Shown piece by piece: positions 1 through 7,101 of a stretch of 11,532 bases of DNA (its first letter is position 1; each line of letters starts with the position of its first letter). This DNA comes from an uncultured bacterium (lineage in GTDB: Bacteria; Lernaellota; Lernaellaia; Lernaellales; Lernaellaceae): assembly GCA_964534375.1 (NCBI GenBank), contig CAZHPN010000184.1, positions 1 through 11,532 on the forward strand. The letters are read 5' to 3'. A program made the position numbers and the translations under genes. The notes below the pieces were generated by a model. The model worked only from the letters and a program-made list of their open reading frames with translations. It was not told the DNA's origin and did not search any database.

Positions 1-1
1 C

Positions 2-430
2 ATCCTGACCCTGCCGATCCGCGCCAACCAGGAAAAGCGGACCTTCGTCGCCATTGTCGACACGGGCAGCAGCCTGCCGCTCGCCGCCCCGCAAATGGTG
101 GCGGACGTGTGGCGGTTGCCGACCGGGCCGGGGAATTCGTACGAGATCGACGGCATCGCCGCCGTCACGGCGTTTGGCGAGCGGGTTACGGGCGCCCACG
201 GCTATCGCGTGGACCACCTGTTCCTCGGCGACGCCGACTGCGGCCTGTGTCCGCTGGTCGCCGGCAAGTTCGCGACGCCGTCGCTCGGCATGAGGTTTCT
301 CGCGCAATATCGCTTCACCATCGATTACGCGGGCAAGCGGCTGGTGTTGGTGAAGATTAGGTCGTATAGGAGACATACGACCAATGCGACCTATTCTCTC
401 AGCTCACCCGTAAGATGCTCAGCCCGTTGA
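2..430 (+). CDS. Retropepsin-like (clan AA) aspartic protease, 5'-truncated by the window edge
   Basis: The frame is open from base 2 (ILTLPIRANQEKRTFVAIVDTGSSLPL...) and continuous with ORF 95..430. Catalytic D-T-G at 59-67. C-terminal SLGMRFLAQYRFTIDYAGKRLVL matches the usual lG..fL....v.iDy....l.l end of these proteases. The last ~24 codons run through a lower-GC repeat region. Confidence 0.8.
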   Translation: MLTLPIRANQEKRTFVAIVDTGSSLPLAAPQMVADVWRLPTGPGNSYEIDGIAAVTAFGERVTGAHGYRVDHLFLGDADCGLCPLVAGKFATPSLGMRFLAQYRFTIDYAGKRLVLVKIRSYRRHTTNATYSLSSPVRCSAR

Positions 431-440
431 TCCCGTTGAT
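358..440. repeat. 9-nt-period degenerate palindromic repeat plus a CCCGTTGAT tandem duplication
   Basis: Units TAGGTCGTA/TAGGAGACA/TACGACCAA/TGCGACCTA at 358-393. GGTCGTAT (360-367) is the exact reverse complement of ATACGACC (375-382). CCCGTTGAT occurs twice at 423-440. Confidence 0.6.
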
Positions 441-446
441 CGTGTC

Positions 447-493
447 AAAAAAAAATCGCCCTATCGCCGCGCGGCCGGCACGGCCGCCGCGGC
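447..493 (-). terminator. Possible intrinsic terminator of the acyltransferase transcript
   Basis: 12-bp GC stem with one bulge (466-477 / 481-493) just after the stop at 498. A T9 run follows on the minus strand (447-455), but it is ~10 nt from the stem, which is non-canonical. Confidence 0.4.
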
Positions 494-497
494 AAGG

Positions 498-1511
498 CTA
501 GTCTTTGTACGGGCTCGGCACGCCGGCAGGCTGCACCTTGTAGCGCCGGTGCACCCAGAGCCACAATTCCGGATTCTCGCGAATGACTTTGGCGACGGCG
601 TTGGCCTGGTTCTGGGTGTTGATCCGCAATTCCTCTTCGGGGTCTTCCGGGTGCGGCTCCCAGGGCACTTCCTCGGTCATGACCAGTTTGCAGCGGCCGG
701 GGCCGGTGCGGAACGCATAGCCGACGAGCACGGCGGCGCCGGTCTCGCGCGCGACCCAGGCGTTGGATTTCACGGTCGAGGCCTGGCGGCCGAGCCAGTC
801 GACGAAGATGCCCTGGTCGAGCTTCATGTTCTGATCGACGGCCATGATGATGCCTTCGCCGCGCTTGAAGCCGTCCAAAATCCGCTTCATCGAGTTCTTG
901 TGCAGGATCGTGCCGAGGTTGGCGTCCAGGCGCGCGTTGCGCACCAACCGCTCGATGTCGGCGTTCGATTGGCGCTTGGAGACGATCGAGATCGGGTAAC
1001 CGCCGATGCTGGCGCGGCAGCCGGCGAAGTCCCAGACGCCGATGTGGCCGCCAATGAGGATCACGCCTTTGCCGCGATTGTAGGTTTCGGTGAGCAGATG
1101 CTCGTTTTCGATGGGGAAATTGGCCCAGTATTCCTCGTCCATCTGCGGCGTGCGCACGTAGTCGAGCGCGTGCCGGCCGAGGTTGATCATGCAGGCGCGG
1201 TAGATGGCCTGTTTTTCCGCGGCGGTTTTGGAATCGCCGAACGCGATATCGAGGTTGGTGAGGGCCACGCTGCGGCGAATTCGCAGCCGGGCCAGCAGCC
1301 GGCCGACGACCCCGCCAAACCAGTCGGCGGTTTTCCACGACATCGCGCGCAGCGGCGGCAACAAAAGGCGCAGGAGCAACTGGAACGCCCACGAGCCCTT
1401 TTCGAGTTCGGGCTCGGTGTGGGCGACGACATAGTCGTGCGCTTCCTGGCGGGTCCAGGGGAACGGTTTCGGCCGCGGCGTGCTTTTCGACTCGACGTTA
1501 TTGTCAGGCAT
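498..1511 (-). CDS. lpxL: Lipid A biosynthesis late acyltransferase (LpxL/HtrB/MsbB family)
   Basis: 337 aa. Contains NLDIAFG, GKGVILIGGHIGVWD (catalytic HxxxxD/E), AVDQ, the FVDWLGRQAST segment and C-terminal IRENPELWLWVHRRYK. The exact paralogue and acyl specificity cannot be determined from sequence alone. Confidence 0.88.
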   Translation of the reverse strand: MPDNNVESKSTPRPKPFPWTRQEAHDYVVAHTEPELEKGSWAFQLLLRLLLPPLRAMSWKTADWFGGVVGRLLARLRIRRSVALTNLDIAFGDSKTAAEKQAIYRACMINLGRHALDYVRTPQMDEEYWANFPIENEHLLTETYNRGKGVILIGGHIGVWDFAGCRASIGGYPISIVSKRQSNADIERLVRNARLDANLGTILHKNSMKRILDGFKRGEGIIMAVDQNMKLDQGIFVDWLGRQASTVKSNAWVARETGAAVLVGYAFRTGPGRCKLVMTEEVPWEPHPEDPEEELRINTQNQANAVAKVIRENPELWLWVHRRYKVQPAGVPSPYKD

Positions 1512-1547
1512 GGCGCAATCTCGTCGAACGCTCGGCCCGCGGGCCGC

Positions 1548-2330
1548 TTACTTGCCGCCTGTTTTCGCCGGCGCGGGTTTCTTCGCCGGGGCCGGCGCGG
1601 CTTTGTCGCCGGCCGTCGGGGCGGGTCCGAGATTCATCGAGCCGCTCGGCGGGGGCATGCCGGGGCCGCCCATGCCGCCCATGCCGCCCATGCCCTGCGG
1701 CATGCCGGCGGTGGCGGCCTGCGTCACCTGGGCGATGACCTTGTCGTTCAGCTTGACGCTGGCTTTGGCCTTGAGATCGTTGACGATCTTGGCGATCGCT
1801 TCCTGTTGCGCCTGCTGCATCAGGAACTGCGCGATCTTTTCCTTAACCTCTTCATACTTCTGGCTCGCCAACTGGGGCGTGCTGTCGTAGAACTTCCGCA
1901 TCGCGGCCTCGTCGGGCGCCTTCACGTCTTTGGTCGCTTCCTGCATGAATTCGCCGAACACGATCTGCTTGACGACCTGCTGGAGTTTCTCCTGCATCTC
2001 GGCCTTCTGCAGCGCGCCGTCGGCGGCGGCCTTCTCATACACGACCTCAACGCCAACCAGGTTGTCGACGAGGTTCTTCATGCCGTCGGGCGAGAGCAGT
2101 TGCGGCTTCATGTACGCCGGCATCCGGGCGATCATGTCGTCCATCAGTTTCTTGGGGATGGGAGTATTGTTGACCCAGGCGACGACCTGGTCGTCGGGCA
2201 GGATGGTCGTCGACTTCAACGAGATCGAATCCGCCGTGGCCGCGGGTTTCTTGGCAACCTGGCCGTTGCAGGCGATCGCGAAGGCCGCAAGCGCCAGCAA
2301 GCCGGCGACGAAATACGTTAAACGTTTCAT
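1548..2330 (-). CDS. SurA/PrsA-like chaperone lipoprotein without a parvulin domain, 260 aa
   Basis: Start moved to ATG 2330 (MKRLTYF..., AAGGA upstream). Lipobox FAIA-C. VVAWVNNTPI, LVDNLVGVEVVYEKA, EAAMRKFYD and YEEVKEKIAQFL...IVNDLKAKASVKLN match the N/C chaperone module of PrsA/SurA-type proteins. Low-complexity G/M/P/A/K tail. Confidence 0.72.
   Translation of the reverse strand: MKRLTYFVAGLLALAAFAIACNGQVAKKPAATADSISLKSTTILPDDQVVAWVNNTPIPKKLMDDMIARMPAYMKPQLLSPDGMKNLVDNLVGVEVVYEKAAADGALQKAEMQEKLQQVVKQIVFGEFMQEATKDVKAPDEAAMRKFYDSTPQLASQKYEEVKEKIAQFLMQQAQQEAIAKIVNDLKAKASVKLNDKVIAQVTQAATAGMPQGMGGMGGMGGPGMPPPSGSMNLGPAPTAGDKAAPAPAKKPAPAKTGGK
1665..1691 (-). repeat. Perfect 9-bp x3 coding tandem repeat encoding (MGG)3
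   Basis: GCCGCCCAT x3 on the + strand, translating to GMGGMGGMGG on the minus strand. Confidence 0.9.
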
Positions 2331-2383
2331 TTTTGGTCCTTGTTGAGTTATGTGATTGGCTTCCTTCCCTCCGAAGCGGTCGC

Positions 2384-2412
2384 ACTCTAGACGCATTGAA
2401 CCGTGGAGTCAA
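2384..2412 (-). promoter_or_regulatory. Predicted sigma70 promoter for the chaperone-acyltransferase unit
   Basis: Minus strand TTGACT (2412-2407) - 17 bp - TAGAGT (2389-2384), 53 nt before ATG 2330. Confidence 0.65.
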
Positions 2413-2519
2413 CCGGCGAAATCCGCGACGCGGGCCGCGAGACAGGGGGCGGTTGAGGACGCCCGCGAAGCACAGCCGAGGGCGGCTGCGCCGCAACATG
2501 TCCGATCAGCACGGCCGGT

Positions 2520-2548
2520 TTTCCGCGGACGGCGATCGCGGTTATAGT
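2520..2548 (+). promoter_or_regulatory. Possible sigma70 promoter for polA
   Basis: TATAGT at 2543-2548 in a local AT-rich patch. Only a weak -35 (TTTCCG, 2520-2525) lies 17 bp upstream. Confidence 0.35.
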
Positions 2549-2602
2549 TATTGAGTTTTCAACGACGCGCGAACGACCGACGCGGGAAAGCGATCCGATG
2601 CA

Positions 2603-5284
2603 ATGAACGAACCGACGAAGCGACTGGTGTTGATCGACGGCAGCGGCTACATCTTCCGCGCGTTTTTCGCGGTCCGCGCGCTGAGCACTTCGACGGGCCT
2701 CCCGACCAACGCCGTTTTCGGCTTCGCCAGCATGCTCGACAAAACGCTGCGCGACCTCGCCCCCGACGCGGTCGCTGTTTGCTTCGACACGCCGGTGAAA
2801 ACGTTCCGTCACGTGCGCTTCCCCGACTACAAAGCGAATCGCCCCGAGCCGCCGGAGGCGCTGGTCCCGCAATTTCCGCTCATCGTGGAATTGGTGCAGT
2901 TGCGCGGGCTGCCGATGTTGCGCATCGAGGGCTTCGAGGCCGACGACCTGATCGGGGCGCTGGCGCGGCAGGGCGAGGCGGCGGGCTGGGAGGTCGAGAT
3001 CGTCACGGGCGACAAAGACCTGATGCAGCTCGTCAGCGACCGCGTGCGCATTTTCGACGGGCTGAAGGAAACGTGGATCGGCCCCGACGAGGTGAAAGCG
3101 CGGTTCGGCGTCGAGCCGGCGCGGGTGATCGACGTGCTGGGCCTCGCGGGCGACACGTCCGACAACGTGCCCGGGGTGCCGGGCGTCGGCGAGAAGACCG
3201 CGAGCAAGCTGGTGGTCGAGTACGGCAGCCTGGAAGCCGCGCTGGCCGCCGCCGACCAGATCAAGGGCAAGCTCGGCGAACGGCTGCGCGAAAACGCGGA
3301 GCTCGCGCGGCTCTCGCGCGAACTGGTGACGATCGACGTGAACGCGCCCGTCGGCAAGACCATGGCCGAACTGACGCCGGCGCCGCCGGACATCGAGGGC
3401 CTGCGCACGTTCTACACGAAGCTGGAATTCCGCGGGCTGCTGGCCGCCCTGCCGTCGCCGAAATCGACGATCGACCGCGACAAATATCGCGCGATCCTCG
3501 ACGAAGACGAGCTGCGGGCCGTGATCGCGAAACTGGAAAAATGCGAGGGTTTCGCCTTCGACACCGAGACCACCTCCACCTCGGCGATGTCGGCGCACCT
3601 GGTCGGCATGAGTTTCTGTTGCGGCGCGCAGGAGGCGTGGTATCTGCCGCTCGCGCACTCGTATCTGGGCGCGCCCAAGCAAATCCCCGTCCTGCGGGCG
3701 CTGGCGCTGCTGGCGCCGCTGCTGACCGATCCGCGCCGGCCCAAATGGGGACAAAACGCCAAATATGACATGTTGGTGCTCGAGAACGCCGGGGTCAAAG
3801 TCGCGGGGCTAGTCGGCGACACGATGATCGCCGACTACCTGCTCGGCGCGGGCCTCGGCGGGCATTCGCTGGACGCGATGGCCCAACGGCACCTGGGCCA
3901 CACGAACATCAAATACTCCGAGGCGACCGGAACCGGCAAGAACAAGGTCACCTTCGACCAGGTCGAGATCGGCGCCGCGACCCGCTACGCCGCCGAGGAC
4001 GCGCACGTCACGTGGCTGCTGAAGGAAAAGCTCGAGCCGGCGCTGCGGCGGGACGAAGGCGGCTGGCGCATCTACCGCGAGGTGGAGATTCCGCTCGTCG
4101 AAACCCTGGCGGCGATGGAGCGGGCCGGCGTGGCGATCGACGCGCCGTATTTCGCCGCCCTGTCGCAGGAGATGGACCACCGCGTCAACCTGCTGGTGAA
4201 CGAGATCCACCAGCTCGCCGGGGAGCCGTTCAACCTCAACAGCCCGGCGCAGATCGCCCGCGTGCTGTTCGAGAAGCTGCAAATCAAGGCCGGCCGGAAG
4301 ACCAAGACCGGCTTTTCGACCGACGCGGCAGTGCTCGAGAAGCTGGCCGAGGAAGGCCACGACGTGCCGCGGCTGATGTTGGAATATCGCGCGCTGGCCA
4401 AACTCAAAGGCACGTACGTCGATGCGCTGCCGCTGCTGGTGAATCCGCGCACGGGCCGCATTCATACGAGCTTCAACCAGACCGTCGCCGCGACCGGCCG
4501 CCTCTCGTCGAGCGACCCGAACCTGCAGAATATTCCCATTCGCAGCGACGACGGCCGGCGCATCCGCCAGGGCTTCGTGCCCGCCGCCGGCAAGCTGCTG
4601 CTCGCCGCCGACTACAGCCAGATCGAGTTGCGGCTCGCCGCGCACATGGCCGGCGACCAGATCATGATGGACGCCTTCCGCGCCGGCCTCGATGTGCACA
4701 CGCGCACCGCCGCCGAACTGATGAACGTCTTCCCCAACATGGTGACGCCGGAGATGCGCGCGGCGGCGAAGACGGTCAACTTCGGCGTGCTCTACGGCAT
4801 GGGCGCGGCGCGGCTCGGCCGCGACCTGGGCATCGGCACGAAGAAGGCGCAGGAGTTCATCGACAACTATTTCGCGCGCTTTCCCAAACTCCGCGCGTGG
4901 CTCGACCGCACGCTCGCCGAGGCGCGCGAACGCGGCGAGGTCCGCACCATTCTCGGCCGGCGCCGGCCGCTGCCCGATCTGACCAGCGCCGACCCGGCGG
5001 CGCGCTCGGCGGCCGAACGCGCGGCGATCAACACGCCGGTGCAGGGCAGCGCGGCGGACCTGATCAAGCTGGCGATGCTGTCGTTGCACCGCCGCATCGA
5101 AAAGGAAAAACTGCCGCTGACGATGATCCTGCAGGTGCACGACGAACTGGTGTTCGAGGTCGAGCCGGGCGCGGCGGAAGAGTGTCTGGCCATCGTCAAA
5201 AAAGAGATGGAAGACGTGATGGAACTGGCGGTGCCGATCGTCGTCGAGGCGAAGACCGGCGCCAACTGGCGGGAGGCGCATTGA
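2603..5284 (+). CDS. polA: DNA polymerase I (5'-3' exonuclease, 3'-5' exonuclease and polymerase domains)
   Basis: 893 aa. 5' nuclease motifs LIDGSGYIFRAF, EADD, TGDKD, GDTSDNVPGV. Exo I FDTET, Exo II QNAKYD, Exo III YAAED. Polymerase motifs A (ADYSQIELR), B (RAAAKTVNFGVLYG) and C (LQVHDEL). Confidence 0.99.
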   Translation: MNEPTKRLVLIDGSGYIFRAFFAVRALSTSTGLPTNAVFGFASMLDKTLRDLAPDAVAVCFDTPVKTFRHVRFPDYKANRPEPPEALVPQFPLIVELVQLRGLPMLRIEGFEADDLIGALARQGEAAGWEVEIVTGDKDLMQLVSDRVRIFDGLKETWIGPDEVKARFGVEPARVIDVLGLAGDTSDNVPGVPGVGEKTASKLVVEYGSLEAALAAADQIKGKLGERLRENAELARLSRELVTIDVNAPVGKTMAELTPAPPDIEGLRTFYTKLEFRGLLAALPSPKSTIDRDKYRAILDEDELRAVIAKLEKCEGFAFDTETTSTSAMSAHLVGMSFCCGAQEAWYLPLAHSYLGAPKQIPVLRALALLAPLLTDPRRPKWGQNAKYDMLVLENAGVKVAGLVGDTMIADYLLGAGLGGHSLDAMAQRHLGHTNIKYSEATGTGKNKVTFDQVEIGAATRYAAEDAHVTWLLKEKLEPALRRDEGGWRIYREVEIPLVETLAAMERAGVAIDAPYFAALSQEMDHRVNLLVNEIHQLAGEPFNLNSPAQIARVLFEKLQIKAGRKTKTGFSTDAAVLEKLAEEGHDVPRLMLEYRALAKLKGTYVDALPLLVNPRTGRIHTSFNQTVAATGRLSSSDPNLQNIPIRSDDGRRIRQGFVPAAGKLLLAADYSQIELRLAAHMAGDQIMMDAFRAGLDVHTRTAAELMNVFPNMVTPEMRAAAKTVNFGVLYGMGAARLGRDLGIGTKKAQEFIDNYFARFPKLRAWLDRTLAEARERGEVRTILGRRRPLPDLTSADPAARSAAERAAINTPVQGSAADLIKLAMLSLHRRIEKEKLPLTMILQVHDELVFEVEPGAAEECLAIVKKEMEDVMELAVPIVVEAKTGANWREAH

Positions 5285-6186
5285 CGACGCCCGTCCGTAC
5301 GACGCGCCTGGCCGTCGCGAAACTGATCACGGCCCTGTTCGCGCTCGCCGCGTGTCTCGGCGCGATCTGGTATTTGAACCGCGAGGCCGCCGCGCCGGCG
5401 CCGCGAGCGAACCCGCCCGCGCCGGTCGGGCCGCGGCTGGAGACGCCGCCGAGCGCCGTCGCGCCGCCGGCCGCGACGCCCGACGGTCCGGTTGAGACGC
5501 CGGCCGAACGGCTGAAGAACACCATCGTCAACGTCAGCGACGGCGAATCGGCGATCACCGCCGACGGCCGCCGCATCCGCTACCTCGCGATCGACGCGCC
5601 CACGGGCAACGAGCCGTTCGCCCGTGAAGCGACGGAACTGAACCGGCAACTGGTCAATCTCAAGACCGTGCAGCTTTCGCCGTGCGCGAAACGCGACGTG
5701 GATGAAAACGGCCCGCTGTTCGCCGACGTTTCCGTCGATGGCGCGTCGGTCGAAGGCGGCCTGCTGAGCCTCGGGCTGGCCGAAGTCCGCCACGACCCGG
5801 ATTGCATCGCCGACTGCCGTCGCTGGTGGAAGCTGACGCTCGAGGCGTGGCGCGACAAACGCGGCATGTTCCGCGACGCGTCCGGCCGGCCGACGCCGGC
5901 CGTGGTCGCCGACCGGCTGCTGGGGCATTACGGCCTGGTCGCCGGCGTGGTGCACGACATCGGCGAATCGTCCGACGCGTTCAACGTCAACTTCGGCGAC
6001 AGCAGCGTCGGCGTGTTCACGTTGACGATTTCCAAGAGCGACCTGGAGCCGTTCTTGCGCGACAAAATCGATCCGCGAACGCTGGCCGGCAAGGAAGTGA
6101 CGGTTTTCGGAAAAGTTGTTTCGTCTTACGGAACAAGGATCTTCGGCGTCTGCCCGACGCAGGTTGTCACCGTAACGACGCCATGA
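5281..6186 (+). CDS. Membrane-anchored thermonuclease (SNase)-like protein with C-terminal OB-like domain, probably catalytically impaired, 301 aa
   Basis: TTG at 5281 overlaps the polA stop (TTGA); this is the 3' part of ORF 4012..6186. N-terminal TM helix (LITALFALAACLGAIWYL), Pro/Ala linker, SNase-fold motifs (VNVSDGES, RIRYLAIDAP, EPFAREA, LLSLGLA, EAWRDKRGMF), then NFGD...FTLTI...LAGKEVTVFGKV. Confidence 0.8.
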   Translation: MTTPVRTTRLAVAKLITALFALAACLGAIWYLNREAAAPAPRANPPAPVGPRLETPPSAVAPPAATPDGPVETPAERLKNTIVNVSDGESAITADGRRIRYLAIDAPTGNEPFAREATELNRQLVNLKTVQLSPCAKRDVDENGPLFADVSVDGASVEGGLLSLGLAEVRHDPDCIADCRRWWKLTLEAWRDKRGMFRDASGRPTPAVVADRLLGHYGLVAGVVHDIGESSDAFNVNFGDSSVGVFTLTISKSDLEPFLRDKIDPRTLAGKEVTVFGKVVSSYGTRIFGVCPTQVVTVTTP

Positions 6187-6196
6187 CGAAATGGAC

Positions 6197-6455
6197 AACC
6201 GCGAATGAATGAATTTTCTTGATTGAACCGCGAATCAGGAACGGGAACCGCGAATGCACGCGAATGCACGCGAATCCGACATGATCTACATTTGTTCGCC
6301 CGCATCTGCGGGCTAATCAAAATTTCATTATTCGCGTGGATTCGCGTGCATTCGCGGTTCCCGTAAATTGCATGACTTGCCGGATTCGCGGTTCCAATAA
6401 TTGCAACACTTGCCGGATTCGCGGTTCCTTCACCTCATCCCATACATTCGCGGTT
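6197..6455. repeat. Nested inverted-repeat (REP/REPIN-like) element between convergent genes
   Basis: Five CGCGAAT cores on the left face six ATTCGCG cores on the right. Inner arms 6241-6275 / 6330-6364 are 34/35 complementary. Outer arms 6197-6211 / 6441-6455 are 14/15. A 21-bp direct repeat lies at 6375-6395 and 6408-6428. Confidence 0.9.
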
Positions 6456-6460
6456 TGAAA

Positions 6461-7045
6461 TCACTTCACGCCGACGGTCAGCAGGATCCGCATCAGTCGC
6501 ATGCCGGCGACGCGGTGATGCGAGAGGCGCAGCCCGGCGTCGGCGAACAATTGCTCGCGTTCGGCCGCCGTGCGGGCGCGCTCGCCGAGCAAACGGCGGA
6601 GCGGCGACGGTTTGATATCCGCCAGAATGAAGCGGCCGCCCGGGCGCAGGACGCGGACGGCTTCGCGCACGCCGGCGGCCTGGTCGGCCCAATGGTGAAA
6701 GGAAACGCTGGTCAGTACGGCGTCCGCCGAGCTGTCGGGCAACGGCAGTTTCTCTCCGGGCGCCAGGTGAAATTCCGCGCTCGGCGTCAGGCGGCGGGCG
6801 ACTTCGACCATGCCGGCCGCGGGGTCGACGCCGATCAGCCGCGCCTCCGGCCACCGCGCGTGAACGGCCCGCAATAATCGACCCGTGCCGCAGCCGACGT
6901 CGACGACTGTGCTCGGGGGCGCGGCCGCCAATTCGTCGATCACCGTGACGTGGACCGGGTCGAACATCAAGCGTTGCAACAAGGAGTCATCGTAGGTGCG
7001 CGACCAACGATCGAAACGTGCAACATCGCGATTGGCATGGTTCAT
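6461..7045 (-). CDS. Class I SAM-dependent methyltransferase, 194 aa
   Basis: Start moved to ATG 7045 (MNHANRDVARFDRWSRTYD). Motif I VVDVGCGTG, GVDPAAGMV, EKLPLPDSSADAV, SFHHW, RVLRPGGRFILAD. The upstream extension to 7393 overlaps an IS remnant. Confidence 0.92.
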   Translation of the reverse strand: MNHANRDVARFDRWSRTYDDSLLQRLMFDPVHVTVIDELAAAPPSTVVDVGCGTGRLLRAVHARWPEARLIGVDPAAGMVEVARRLTPSAEFHLAPGEKLPLPDSSADAVLTSVSFHHWADQAAGVREAVRVLRPGGRFILADIKPSPLRRLLGERARTAAEREQLFADAGLRLSHHRVAGMRLMRILLTVGVK

Positions 7046-7053
7046 GGACGGCG

Positions 7054-7082
7054 AGTGTAGTGCGGCAGCCGGCGCGGCGCAA
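7054..7082 (-). promoter_or_regulatory. Predicted sigma70 promoter of the methyltransferase gene
   Basis: Minus strand TTGCGC (7082-7077) - 17 bp - TACACT (7059-7054), with only 8 nt before ATG 7045. Confidence 0.6.
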
Positions 7083-7101
7083 GATGAAGCGGGGCCGGCC
7101 C

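Noticed and set aside
549..2321. Long + strand ORF (590 aa) and other antisense or alternate-frame ORFs (445..1392, 2387..3754, 2551..3768, 3809..5281, 4867..6198, 7482..8447, 8552..9598, 9589..11499)
   Set aside because: These are shadow frames of well-supported genes in GC-rich DNA, with no recognisable motifs.
4012..5280. 724-aa ORF suggesting a long overlap with polA or a frameshift fusion
   Set aside because: The 5' part is Arg/Gly-rich off-frame polA sequence. Protein-like sequence begins at TTG 5281, and polA ends normally (GANWREAH).
2603..5284. Unusual or phage-type PolA (intein, dead proofreading domain)
   Set aside because: Length and all exonuclease and polymerase motifs are canonical, with no insertion seen.
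6183..6366. Chain of stop/start-overlapped micro-ORFs (6183-6212, 6209-6226, 6223-6366)
   Set aside because: Most TGA stops create an overlapping NTG by chance. There is no RBS, and the 47-aa peptide simply translates the palindrome.
6197..6455. CRISPR array (repeats spaced ~29-34 nt)
   Set aside because: Repeats are short, switch orientation at the centre, and the spacers resemble each other. No cas genes are present.
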